A stretch of 63,704 nucleotides of DNA, counting the filler, from Octopus bimaculoides (Eukaryota), in NCBI RefSeq assembly GCF_001194135.2. It is 6 parts of 5 records of this genome, joined end to end, with 100 filler letters (N's around TTAATTAATTAA, not from the genome) between each part and the next. Parts side by side here need not be neighbours in the genome. Positions count along the whole stretch, not along the records: positions 40,994 to 60,644 come from NC_068981.1; 5 more parts are not named here. The stretch is one strand, 5' to 3'. Below the pieces are notes generated by a model. The model worked only from the letters and a program-made list of their open reading frames with translations. It was not told the DNA's origin and did no database searches. Made by a program: the position numbers and the translations under genes. This document shows, piece after piece, positions 40,994 through 53,483 of the stretch (positions are counted from its first letter, which is position 1; every line of letters starts with the position of its first letter).

Positions 40994-42083
40994 CACCAGT
41001 GCAGGAGCCAGTCAAGTGGCACTGGCATTGATTACATTCATATGGTGCTTTTTACATACCACTGGCATGAGTGCCAGTGAGGCAGTACTGGCATTGGCCC
41101 TAACAATGATATCACTTGACTCAACAGATCTTTTCAAGCACAGTTTATTGCCCAATGATTGAAGGGTACTCTTAAACGGGCCGATTATGCTATGCTGGCA
41201 TAGGCCATGGTTATTGTCTCACTTCGCTTGCATATCTCCATAGGTCTCGGTTGTTCGTCATTGCCTCTGTAAGGCCCAAAGTTCGAAGGTCGTGCTTCAC
41301 CACCTCATCCCAGGACTTCCTAGGTCTACGTCTTCCACAGGTTCCCTCCACTGTTAGGGAGTGACACTTTTTCACACAACTGTCCTCATCCATACGCAAC
41401 ACATGATCATACCAGCACAATCGTCTCTCTTGCACACCACATTTGTTGCTTCTTATGTCCAACTTTTCTTTCAGGGCACTCACACTTTCAGCGGATCATA
41501 CTAGCTTAATTTCTTTCAAGCCTATGCATGTCCTCAGCAGTCATGGCCCATGTTTGACTGTTGTGAAGCATGGCAGTTCACACACACACACATCATACAG
41601 TCTACCTTTCATCCTGAGTGAGAGGTTATTAGTTGCCAGCAGAGGAAGGAGCTCTCTGAACTTTGCCCAGGCTATTCTTATTCTAGCGGCTATGCTCTCA
41701 GAGCATCTACCTCTGCTACTAACTTGGTAACCTAGGTAACAAAAGCTATCAACTACTAGTTTTTTCCCCCTGGCATTTGATGGAAGCTGTTTTCTGCACA
41801 TTTTCAGTGTTTATTGCCCCTGTTCATTGCCACACACAAAAACTATCTTCCCAGTTAGCCTTCCTTTAATATTGATGCACCTCTTATGTGTCCATAGCTT
41901 GCATCAGGTACATCTTATGGAGTTTCTACCTACGCCTTTTCTACAGATTGAGCAGGGCCATCTACCCGAAGGGATTTGTGCTTTGTCTGCCTTCCTACTT
42001 GGTTTTTGCTAGAATTACTTTAAGGCCCTTCAATTCTAGACCTTGCTTCGACACCTGAAACTTCTCCTCTAGTTCTTTATATA
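40994..42083 (-). mobile_element. RTE-clade LINE 3' fragment (RT C-terminus and 3' UTR)
   Basis: KELEEKFQVSKQGLELKGLKV..AKTK, VDSFCYLG, RIRIAWAKFRELLPLL and QERRLCWYDHVLRMDEDSCVKK..GRRRPRKSWDEVVKHDL; frameshifted. Confidence 0.9.
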
Positions 42084-42287
42084 NNNNNNNNNNNNNNNNN
42101 NNNNNNNNNNNNNNNNNNNNNNNNNNNNNNNNNNNNNNNNNNNNNNNNNNNNNNNNNNNNNNNNNNNNNNNNNNNNNNNNNNNNNNNNNNNNNNNNNNNN
42201 NNNNNNNNNNNNNNNNNGATTATTAGGTGAAATATATAATTATTAAAGTGGAAAATTTACCAGAAAAGCCATTTCTATTCATTTTTT

Positions 42288-42330
<43 letters not shown>

Positions 42331-43387
42331 CACACATTCACATTCACATACATGCATACAATGAGCTATATATATTACACTTTGTATATTTTATGTATAC
42401 ATATATATTTATAGAAATAATACATTTCTAAATCTCTCAGAGGTTTATACAGTAGTAACATGATAAAGTGGTGGTATGTTGTCAACTTAATGTGACAGTC
42501 CCATGAAAGGGAAAAATACTATTGTTATTTANNNNNNNNNNAAAGGGAAAAATACTATTGTTATTTAGCCCTAGGAAGCACCGCTTCCTGTCGGCCTTGA
42601 CACATTTCCTGTATCCTTATGTTTACAAAGGGGGAGATAACCACCTCCAGCCAGCAAAGCCAGCATCCATAGATGCATCCATAGATCAGAGAGATTTATA
42701 CAGACTGATGATGAGCAATGACTCAGGAACTAGCTAGTCTCTTTATATATATTTATGTATATGTTTGTGCGTATGTGTGGGTACACACACATACATATTT
42801 TATTTAAATTAAATGTTTATCACACAACTGAAGTTTCATGCCACTGCAATCTTTAGGTGATTACCATTATAACTAAGTATGGTAGTTTTTTTATCTTTGT
42901 TGTTGTGAGTGTATCCTCTTTTTTGTGTCTTTTCATGATTTTTCTGCCATATTCATTGACTGGCTGTTATTTTTATGCCTCTTTGCTGGATATTTTTGTG
43001 ACCTAGTGTTTGCTTTCATTAAATTTGTTGGTGAAGTGTATATTTAGGTGTTTTGTTTTATTAGTTTTAGGGTTGTTTATATGTAGACTGCATCAATTTA
43101 ATCAATTTGTTTCTTGTCAAGTTCATTTTGTTGATTCAAAGAGTGTCTGTATTTCATATTGTCTTCCATGCAAGAGAGACTTTGTTAGTGTGAATTTTAT
43201 TAAGGTCAAGGTTAGAGGATTTTAAAAAACTGTGTGTATGTAAACATACTCTTTACCAACAAAATACACACACAAACATATCTTTATTGCACACCAGTCT
43301 TCTCCATATGTCATGGCAGTGTACAAGAGCTTGGATTTGTCCATTCATCCATCTTTTCCTTTGTCTATTTCTTCTTATTTCTCCATC

Positions 43388-43569
43388 TACAAGTGAGTGC
43401 TGAAAAGTTCCTGGCTTCAGAGCCCTTTTACAGGGCTTCGAAAAAATGAAGGACCGCTGCAATAAGTGTTTGAATCTGAGAGGGCAATATCTTGAATAAA
43501 GTCATAATTAACTGATCCTCCTTTATTTTCTTTTACCCAAAGCCAGGAACTTTTCAACACCCCCTCGTA
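43388..43569 (+). mobile_element. mariner-derived MITE / internal-deletion derivative
   Basis: TIRs TACAAGTGAGTGCTGAAAAGTTCCTGGCTT and AAGCCAGGAACTTTTCAACACCCCCTCGTA with terminal TA; interior keeps a transposase-like end MKDRCNKCLNLRGQYLE*. Confidence 0.85.
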
Positions 43570-44045
43570 TAGTTCCTTGAAGAATTGCCCTCACAAAGCC
43601 ATTGGATCTCATTATTTAACCATATCATCTCAGCTTTTTATGCTTCACCACTGTTTGTAGGAGTTTTTGTGGGAAAATGTGTGACTGGATAGGTTTGTGA
43701 ATCAATTTATCATGTATTTAAATGTGAATTAAAAAATATAAATCCATTCTAGAGAATTTTGTTTTCTCTTGTCAAAATAAATGTACTAAAATTGGATTTG
43801 GTAACCTTTCTCTTTGACCTAATAGAGGTCATGTGTCTGCAATAGAATGACTCTCACCCAGACATAAAAAAATAGCATGTAATTAGAGTTATATAGTTAT
43901 CATCTCATTCTGGTTGGTTATAAATATCACTAACCTGTTAATCCAAGTAGTGTGTATGTATGTATATATATATATGTATATGTGGTGGTGGGGAGGTGGT
44001 GTGTGTGTGTGGTATATTTATATGTGTATTTGCATATGTGTATAT

Positions 44046-44810
44046 ATGTATGTATAGTGAGAATTTACAAAGAGATGAAGACGGGTGTGTGAACAACAAA
44101 CAGACATATTAGTTTAACGCTCAGGAAGTGAGAAAATCTTTTACGTTTCGAGCCTACGCTTTTCGACAGAAAGGAACACAGAAATAAACAGGGAGAGAAA
44201 ATAAAAAAGGTTTAGTGGCTAGTGATCTATCATGGCAAATGCCAAACAGAGGTGTCACACAGGAGAGCTAGTAAAAAGGGGAGATAATAAAGTAGTGGTG
44301 ATCCCAAGACGAAGATGCATGTGCGTGTATATGTGAGAGTGTGTATGTGCGTGTGGAAAGGGGCTGGTGACTTTGACCTGTGCATGTGTAGGTGTGTGAA
44401 TGATGGTGTGGGTGCTGGGAAGTGGTCAGTGNNNNNNNNNNGAGTAGGGTGGGATGTATAGGGATGGTGGGGTTGAAATGTGTAGGGGTGGGGTAACGAG
44501 GGAGGGGATGAAGGGAGAAGGTGGGTAGGAGTGAAGAGAAGTAGGTGTCAGAGCAAGAGAGGAGAGGTAAGTGGGAGGAAGTAGGTGTGAGAAGGAGAGA
44601 AGAGGAGGGCTAGATGAAGACGGGAGGAGAGTTGAACCCATGTGGTGCAAAGGAGTGAAGAGAGAAGATTAATTCATGTTCACAGCAACGACGGGAGTCC
44701 GAATGCCCCCTGTACAAGGACAATCCGAACACTGACAGGTGTTTTAAAGAATGACGGGTAGAGCGGAAATGGTGCGAGACTGGGGTATTGTTGCTGAGTC
44801 TGATGTCTCT
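44046..44810 (-). mobile_element. PLE 3' end: GIY-YIG C-terminus plus pseudo-LTR (family P2)
   Basis: 44810-44610 reads RDIRLSNNTPVSHHFRSTRHSLKHLSVFGLSLYRGHSDSRRCCEHELIFSLHSFAPHGFNSPPVFI*, followed by sequence homologous to 3593-4048. Confidence 0.82.
44138..44173 (-). ncRNA. minimal type I hammerhead-like motif, A6U variant
   Basis: CUUU-CUGUCGA-A-AAGC-GUAG-GCUC-GAAAC-GUA-AAAG; 10.1-11.1 pair is mismatched. Confidence 0.55.
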
Positions 44811-44904
44811 GTGTGTGAGTGTGTGTGTAAGTACGTATATTTATATGTATATACGTATATATAAATCATCAATGATGACGATTTATATATGTGTGTATGT
44901 ATAT

Positions 44905-45310
44905 ATACTCTTTTACTTGTTTCAGTCATCTGACTGTGGCCATGCTGGAGCACCACCTTTAGTCAAGCAAATCGACCCCAGGACTTATTCTTTGTAAGCT
45001 TAGTACTTATTCTATCGGTCTCTTTTACCAAACCGCTAAGTTATGGGGATGTAAACACACCAACGTCGGTTGTCAAGCGATGTTGGGTGGGACAAACAGA
45101 CACACAAACATATACACACACACATACATATACATAAATATATATATATACGACGGTCTTCTTCCAGTTTCTGTCTACCAAATCCACTCACAAGGCTTTG
45201 GTCGGCCCGAAGCTATAGTAGAAGACACTTGCCCAAGGTGCCACGCAGTGGACTGAACCCGGGACCATGTGGTTGGTAAGCAAGCTACTTACCACGCAGC
45301 CTCTCCTGCA
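44905..45310 (-). mobile_element. SINE family A, near full length
   Basis: tRNA-like head at 45150-45310, internal CA/TA tract, and 3' tail ..GGTGCTCCAGCATGGCCACAGTCAGATGACTGAAACAAGTAAAAGAG. Confidence 0.88.
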
Positions 45311-45876
45311 CTTATATATATATATTTACACACACACACACATATATATATTTGGTGTGAGGATAAGCCAAAGAATTCGTTGAGAAGGTACCAATGGGGA
45401 AAGTCATAATAATAACCGAGAGCATAGCAGTAGTAGTGCCAATTGTCTGTGGTGATAGTCACAGTGTTTAATGCTTGTTGTTGGGTGTCATAAATTTGGT
45501 GGTGGTGGTGGTGGCGATAAAATATTCAAAACACCTATCTATTACATAGTGATTCTGCTGTTTCCAACAGTGAAATGCATGTTGTCTGTTCTACATGAGA
45601 AGGAAGCAGGAAGGACAAGTGAACAAATGCATGATTCGTATTGCAAGTTGTTTTAACTCCCTTCGTGATTACATTGCTTTCTTTTGTATCTTGTAAAAAC
45701 AGCACCCAAAGAATACAGCTGGTAAGGATGGTAATGAAAATAATGGAGTTGGGAGAGTAAAATAATGACAGTGGCAAACCTTGTTAACCCTACTTCATAT
45801 ATACTAAAACCAGTGTATATATATACCTACATACATACATGTATGTGTGTATACATACATACATACATACATAAAT

Positions 45877-45937
<61 letters not shown>

Positions 45938-46539
45938 CATACATACATACATATATATAAATGCTTGTTTTTACTATCATTTATAACAAAAAAAATTTTA
46001 CAGTTTGACGATAGCTTAGCTGGTTGAAATTTTGAAGTTACTGTCAACAACATTGTTGTATAAGAATAATAAATATATACATATATATAACCCTTAAAGG
46101 GGTTTAGTCAAACAAATCAACCACTAGTACTTTTTTGTTTCAAGTCCAGCACATTTTGTCAGTCTTTTTGACAGACTGCCAAGTTATGTGGACATAAACA
46201 AACCAACACCAGTTGTCAAGTGGTGGGAACACAGGTAAATACCAAGACACATACACTTACATACATGCATGTGTTTGTGTATGTTTACAATGGGCTTTTT
46301 TAAGTTTCGGTCAACCAAATCCACTTACAAGGTTTTGGTTGACCTGAGACTGTAGCAGGAGTCACTTGCCCCAGAAGCAGTACTGTAGGATTGAACTAAA
46401 AACCATGTGGTTGCAAAGCAAGCTTCTTACTACACATTCTTCTTACACATATTTTATAAAAAAAAGTTTCACCTGACAGGTTTATCAGTTTTAGTAAGTA
46501 TCTTCAGCAGAAACTGGGATTCTCAATCTTTTCCTCTCT

Positions 46540-46918
46540 TTTACTTGTTTCTGTCATTTGACTGCGGTCATGCTGGAGCACCACCTTTAGTCAAGCAAAT
46601 TGACACCAGGATTTATTCTTTGCAAGCCTAGTACTTATTCTATCGCTCTCTTTTTGCCGAACCGCTAGGTTACGGGGACGTAAACACACCAGCATCGGTT
46701 GTCAAGCGATGGTGGGGGAACAATCACAAACACATATGTATATACATATACATATATACGACGGGCTTCTTTCAGTTTCTGTCTACCAAAACCACTCACA
46801 AGGCTTTGTTCGGCCAGAAGCTATAGTAGAGGACACTTGCCCAAGGTGACACGTAGTGGGATTGAACCCGGAACCATGTGGTTGGTAAGCAAGCTACTTA
46901 CCACACAGCCACTCCTAC
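46540..46918 (-). mobile_element. SINE family A, near full length (CpG-intact)
   Basis: Colinear with 44905-45310. Confidence 0.88.
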
Positions 46919-47480
46919 GCCTATCAACCACTTTCTTAAAATAAATATCTGGCTTTACACCATATATTGATTTCAAGTTTTGGCACAAGACCAGCAATTT
47001 CGGGGTGAGGATAAGTCAATTACATCAACCTTGGTGGAATTTAAACCCGGCATGCTAACATTTCTGTCAGCTTGCTACCTTAACTTTACACCATATATTG
47101 AGTTCGTTCTTTGTTTATTAATGTTTCTTGCATTTAGATATGAAGAAGACATCAGTTTATATCTAAATTAAAAACATTATATATATACACATATTATGCA
47201 CAGAGACAAGTGCATAGTGTTTACACATATTTATACACAAACAGATACTATTTAAAAATTAAGCAGTATCTTTATGCAGGTATGCTTACACATATAGACA
47301 CACAGACACACACACAAATGCACATATATTTGTATATATATATATATATATATATTTAAATACACATACATATATATGAATACACACACATATTTATACA
47401 TATGTGTGCGTATTCCACCTTTAAACTTATCTGCATCATGATCTGAAATGTAAGAATTTGTTTCTACCTTGATGACGTAG

Positions 47481-47530
47481 GCTTAATTTATCCAATGTTT
47501 ATTTGCTTCCTTTACTGGCTGCAAATTCTG
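47481..47530 (+). CDS. candidate internal exon (hydrophobic)
   Basis: GACGTAG|GC..ATTCTG|GTGAGC; reads (G)LIYPMFICFLYWLQIL and ends in phase 0, compatible with exon 50619. The acceptor choice is uncertain. Confidence 0.35.
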
Positions 47531-47819
47531 GTGAGCTACGTCTACCAACATTATGATGGATCTCTGAGCCTCCAGAAACAGCTGTTGGATTTGTAACACA
47601 TTACCTCCTCCCCTTTAAATTTCTTTGTCATTTGTACCCTGTATAAGTTTGATCTATTAATATATAAATATCTATATATTTATACTTAAATATTCATCAT
47701 CTGAAAATCTTCAGTCTTTGCTTTTTTTCTGTTAACGTGTATACACATATATTTTATATATCAAACCCAGGCTGTTATATTTAATTTGTTTATCCGCATA
47801 ATTGCCTACACACACACAC

Positions 47820-47867
<48 letters not shown>

Positions 47868-48241
47868 TCACACACACACATGTATGTATGTATGTATACA
47901 TATACACACACATACATATCTATATATGTATACACACACATATGTATACACACCCACACATATATATGCATACATGCACATGTGTATATATGTTCATATG
48001 TGTCAAAGTAAAATAAATTCATGTGATATAAGATGTGAACTCTATGATGCATAGAGGTATTATTATTATTACAATTTAGATATGAGCAATTCATATTTTT
48101 ATCACTTTTAATAATACTTTTTATATGCAATTTTCTACCCAATACATTCAATTATTTTTTTTTATAGCTTACGCATATGAACTTGTTTTCATTTGTTTTA
48201 TAGCAATCTTCACCTAATCTCAATTTACATTGCTTTTGCTT

Positions 48242-48279
<38 letters not shown>

Positions 48280-48284
<5 letters not shown>

Positions 48285-49400
48285 TTGGAAAGAAAGTCAT
48301 GTTGTGTTTCATGCTGGGAAACACACAAATGCTTCTTTAGTCTTAATTGTTATATTTAATGAAGATAATATTTCCCTTTATTATTGATAACATAATCTCA
48401 TGTATATGGCAAATTGTTGATCCCTCAGGCATAAAATGCTTCTGGTTTCAAAGCAAAGAAACACTCAATATCATTTTTAACCTTTTCACAGTGAATAAAC
48501 TTTTTTGGTTTCTAAATAATGTTGCAATTATCTCAAAAGATAATAGTCAGCTAGAGCAAGGTCAGGAGAGTTGGGAAGATGAGAAAAAACCTCTGTTTAG
48601 TGTCATATTCTCTTCCTAAGTGATGTGGGAAATATATGGTCTTGCATTTCCTTTTACTATTGACCAATGATGGATATTTTCTCAGAAAATTTTTGTCCAA
48701 TGCTTCCAATTGGTGACAATACTGTTTTGCTTTGGTTTAACACTTCATGGCAGATAATATTCTTCATATCTAACCAAACACAGGGAATAATATTTTTCTG
48801 GTGTAGTCCTGGTTTGGGAATAGTTTCTCCTTTTTCATAGAGTACTAACCATTGTTGTTTTCATCAGATATGATTACAAAGAACCCATTTTTCATCACTT
48901 GGAACTATTCTTCCCAAGAAAGATTTGGTAGACAGTCTGCTTTTCAATGACAAGCAGAGGGCATCTCTTCCAATAAGATAAGAAACAGCCAGAAATATGA
49001 GGGATCCACTGACCAACTTTAGACACTTTTCCTAACCTATGAAGGTGTTTTCTGATCAAAGTGTGACTTGAATCAAACTGTTTTTCTAATTCTTGTGCAG
49101 TTTGTTTTGTGTTTTCCTCAAATGCAGTTTTCAGAACCTCAGCAGTGACAGAACTTAGACATCAAACTTAAGGGAAATCTTCATTTCCATAAGCAGAACG
49201 AATACTTCTTACTGTCTCTATTGCTGGAAAGCCTCTTTTGAATTCTTATAGCGTGCAGTTCTGATGTGGGTCTGATCTAAATTCATTTTCAAATGATAAA
49301 AACAATATGAGTTTAACCACCATGGTATAAAGCAATCTACAAAGAAATAAAAAAAAAACACATTATAAAATTAATGCATATTTTACTGTTAGTATTGTAA
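48280..49400 (-). mobile_element. highly decayed mariner
   Basis: EFKRGFPAIETVRSIRSAYGNE (~49180-49250), GNARPYI (~48631-48650) and HLPNSPDLALADYYLL (48532-48581); TIR-like TATGGTTGGAAAGAAAGTCATG sits in (TA)n. Confidence 0.75.
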
Positions 49401-50554
49401 AGGTGGCCTCAAAGCGATCATGTCGAAAATGTGACTGGATTTTCTGAAAACCTTTCAAAGCAGCTAGGCAGCACTGGCATCAACCACACTCAAATGGTGC
49501 TTTTTGCTTGCCACCGGTACAGGAGCCAGTCAGGTGGCACTGGCATCAACCACACTCAAACGCTGCTTTTTACATGCACAGGAATGTTGGTCAATCATGG
49601 TTAAAATATAAGGACAAGCTGAAGAGTAACCTCTCAACAGTCAATATAGCTCACAACACCTTTGAGCAGCCTTGGAGCAAGCAAAATGGAGATCGTCATG
49701 TCAAAATGGCACAAGAGATTTTGTTTCAATCAGCATTAACAGGCTAAGGGCTGCAAGGCAAAAGAGAAAAGGGGCTGCAAATATACCACCTGCACTGACC
49801 TGTAATCCTCATACTTGGGACATCTGCAGGCTTCTTTGCAAGACTCAAATGTCACATTTGACCTAAGCATTATGACTGACAAAGAAAGTGTAGGTTGTCA
49901 GATCCTCATACATCAAAACCATGTATGCATATATTTGTGGTTGTGTTTGTCCCCAACTACTACTTGACAACTGGTGTTGGTTTGTTTACATCACTGTAAG
50001 TAAATAGTTTGGCAAAATAACTACCAGGTTTAAAATAACAGCTACTAGAGTCAATTTGTTTGACTAGACCCTTCAGGTTGGTGCCCCAGCTTGGCCACAA
50101 TTCAATGGCTGAAACCAGTAAAAGAAAAGATAGAAGATGCATTTTTCTTGAATATTTCCTTCAATATATTTCTATAAGTTTTTTTTATTTTTATCTTTCT
50201 GTCTTTTCCTCAATGAATGTGAATATTTGGTCTATTACTCTTCTTTTTCATTTTTTGCTTTTTTTGTTTTGTTTTTTGCCTATATATATATATATATATA
50301 TATNNNNNNNNNNNNNNNNNNNNNNNNNNNNNNNNNNNNNNNNNNNNNNNNNNNNNNNNNNNNNNNNNNNNNNNNNNNNNNNNNNNNNNNNNNNNNNNNN
50401 NNNNNNNNNNNNNNNNNNNNNNNNNNNNNNNNNNNNNNNNNNNNNNNNNNNNNNNNNNNNNNNNNNNNNNNNNNNNNNNNNNNNNNNNNNNNNNNNNNNN
50501 NNNNNNNNNNNNNNNNNNNNNNNNNNNNNNNNNNNNNNNNNNNNNNNNNNNNNN

Positions 50555-50588
<34 letters not shown>

Positions 50589-50618
50589 ACATGTTTTTTA
50601 TTTGTATTCTATTTGTAG

Positions 50619-50665
50619 GTGCTGATATTTAGTTTTGTCAGTGCTGTGTTTTTGTACCTCTATAG
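50619..50665 (+). CDS. candidate internal exon (transmembrane-like)
   Basis: Strong acceptor TTTTTATTTGTATTCTATTTGTAG| and consensus donor AG|GTAAGT; 47 nt; reads VLIFSFVSAVFLYLY(R). Confidence 0.55.
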
Positions 50666-50881
50666 GTAAGTATATGAAACTTATATTCTTAATCCCATAG
50701 AAATTATGTGCAGCCTGCAATATTTTCTGGTTATTTGTTCTATTATTCATATGAATGTGTATCCGTTTGCACATATACGGTTGTGTATGTGTGTGTTGTT
50801 TGTTTAGAGATCTATGTAAATACTTTACACAACTATTGAATTTTCTTCTTTTTTTTTTATTGTGTTATCATCTGTTGATCA

Positions 50882-51565
50882 ATCATCATCATCATCATCA
50901 TTTAATGTCAACTGTTCCATGCTTGCATGAATCAGACAGAAATTGTTGATGCAAAATTTCTATGTCCAGCTGCCCTTCCTGTTTCCAACCCTCACTTGTT
51001 TCCAAGCAAGATGATATTTTCCCATTACTTGTCATGTTTTTTTATGAAACACTGGAAATGAACAGCCTCACTTGAATGACAATGATGCTAATTTACAGTT
51101 GTCACATGATATCTGGGCATGGTTGCATACATGCACACACAAACTTTAATATACATTCATTTATATACATATCATCATCATCTTTTAACATCCGTTTTCC
51201 ATGCTGGCAAGCAGGAAAACTGCACTAGGTTCTGGTTTGTATGGCTGGATGCCCTTCTTAACACCAACCACTTTACTGAGTGTGCTGGGTGCTAGGCTTC
51301 TTTCAGTTTCATTCAACCAAATCTGGTCACAAGGCTTTCATCAGCTCAGGGCTAGAGTAGAAAACACTTGCATTGGGACAGAATCCAAAACCACATGGTT
51401 GGGAAGCAAGATATATATCACCATCATCACCATTATCATTTAACGCCCGTTTTCCATGTTGGCATGGGTTGGACAGTTTGACAGAAGCTGGCTAGGTAAA
51501 AACTGCACCAGGCTTCAGTGTATGTTTTGACATGGTTTTTAGAACTGGATGCCCTTCCTAACAAC
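50882..51565 (-). mobile_element. cluster of three RTE-type 3' tails with (GAT)n ends
   Basis: Three CATCAT..TTTAA..CCGTTTTCCATG..GGATGCCCTTC blocks (~50882, 51172, 51420), homologous to 60324-60562. Confidence 0.7.
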
Positions 51566-51969
51566 CAAAACAATTTTATATTAATCTGATGGGTTACTCT
51601 ATACTTTTGTACACACCATATTCTTTTAATGGTTTGATCATTAGACTGTGTTCATACTTCATGGCTATATTTGATTATGGAATCCCTAGTACTCTAACAG
51701 GACTAGGACCAGAGATTTGGAAGGTTGATATAGCCAGCTCAATAAAACCAATGACAGAAATTTATTTTATCAAACTCCCAGAAGTATGTAGAGCAGCATT
51801 GGCTGGGTTTGAACTCATGACAAACATAAAGGAATGCAAAAAAATGTTGCATGGAATTTGTTTTGCTTTTTTTTTTTTTCCACCATAACCAAAATAATAA
51901 AAATGGATGTTCATTTGTTTTCCCTCTACTAATATTCAAATGTTGTTTTTGTCTTCCCTTAATATATAA

Positions 51970-52790
51970 ACCACCATGTTGTCACACCATAATTAATGCC
52001 TTTACCACATGTTTTCATCATGATTTTTTTCACACAACATCTCACCACCACGTTTTCCCTCCATTAACACCACCACCACCATCACATTTTCTCCCCACTA
52101 ACACCACCACCATGTTTTCTCACTACTTACACCATCACCACCACATGTTTTTTTTTCACACGCAACACCACCACCCTCACATGTTTTCTTGTCACTAACA
52201 TCACCACATCGCATGTTTTTTTTTACTGCCAATTCCACCACCAACACCATATGTTTTCTTACAACTAATACCATCACTATCACATCACCACATGTTTTCT
52301 TACTACCAACACCACCTCCATTACTCCATGGTTTCTTACTACTATCACCAACTTCAAAATCACCTTTAACATGCTTTCGTGTTAGTATCACCAATACTGC
52401 AACAGCCACATGTTTTTTACATGTTTTTCACATTACTATCATCACCACCACAACCACTAATTATTCTCATACTATGATCACCATCACTACTATCACCACA
52501 TGTTTTCATAGCACTCTTACCATGACCACCGCCACCATCATTTATGTTTTTACACTGCTATTAAAATCCCCACTACTGTGTTTTTACACATCTATCATCA
52601 CTATCATCACCACATGTTTTCACACTATTATCACCACCACCACCACATGTTTTTCTACTGCTGTCACCACTGCCACTATCGCTTCATGTTTATACATTAC
52701 TATCATGCCACCAGCATCATGTTTTTACACTTGCTTTCACCAACATCACCCCCACCACCTGACGTTTTCAAATCCCTGCTGTTTTCACAC
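51970..52790. repeat. degenerate minisatellite with (CAC)n + CATGTTTT units
   Basis: Roughly 20 recurrences of a CATGTTTT-like core, about 30-50 bp apart, separated by variable CAC/CAT/ACT tracts. Confidence 0.8.
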
Positions 52791-52888
52791 ACTTCTACCA
52801 TCCTCCTATGTTTTATCCTTCTGCCACCCAACCAAGCTTATATTTTTATGGGAAAGAGTTGGACCCAGGAGTGTATAATAAATTGCAG

Positions 52889-52922
52889 ATTTGAAGAAAA
52901 GGAAAAAAAAGAAAGAAAATAG
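52889..52922 (+). CDS. candidate terminal exon
   Basis: AATAAATTGCAG|A TTT GAA..AAA TAG; phase 2 matches exon 50665, giving RFEEKEKKERK*. The pyrimidine tract is weak. Confidence 0.3.
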
Positions 52923-53337
52923 AAAAGACAAAATAAGAAGAGGAAAAACTGTCTGTGATGTCTTGATAAACTACTAACTTATAGTAAAATGTCATCTCCA
53001 TCAACATCTTCATTCAAGTTTCCTTATACTTTGGGATTTTTTTTGATTTTTTAAAAGTTCATTTCAGTTAATTAGCATATTAAAATCTCATACACACACA
53101 CACATACATGCACAGCTATACAGACTCATACACATATAAGTATAAATCTTTCACAACTGACTTTCTCCATTTTAATTACTGGGTTACCCAGTGAGAAAGA
53201 AAAAAAGACATTGCATGATATGCTAAGAGTCGGTCAGTAACTTACAGTAAATAGTTATGGTCTGGTTACATTTCCAAGTTCAAATACCAGCAGACCTAAC
53301 GAGGTTTTTCATGCTCTTAGGGGATTCAGTTCAAAGT

Positions 53338-53483
53338 TGCGGCTGTGTGGTAAGAAGCTTACTTCCCGACTATATGGTTCCAGGCCCAGTCCCACTGAAT
53401 GGCTCCTTGGCCAAGTGTCTTCTACTATAGCCCTGAGCCAATCAAAGACTTGTGAGTGGACCTGGTAAACAAAAACTGAAAGT
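53338..53483 (+). mobile_element. SINE family A head (CpG-decayed)
   Basis: GGCTGTGTGGTAAGAAGCTTACTTCCC..CAAGTGTCTTCTACTATAGCC. Confidence 0.8.

Noticed and set aside
42508-42565. AAAGGGAAAAATACTATTGTTATTT repeated around a 10-N gap
   Set aside because: Overlap artefact of gap closure.
45535-45700. Minus-strand reading DTKESNVITKG..LLETAESLCNR* as a terminal exon
   Set aside because: No in-frame upstream exon could be linked, and it overlaps the plus-strand micro-exon candidate region.
51970-52790. Repeat-spacer appearance reminiscent of a CRISPR array; ORFs 52098-52409, 52189-52878 and 52578-52922
   Set aside because: Eukaryotic context, an 8-bp degenerate core, low-complexity related spacers and no cas genes; the ORFs simply reflect the lack of stops in CAC-rich repeat.
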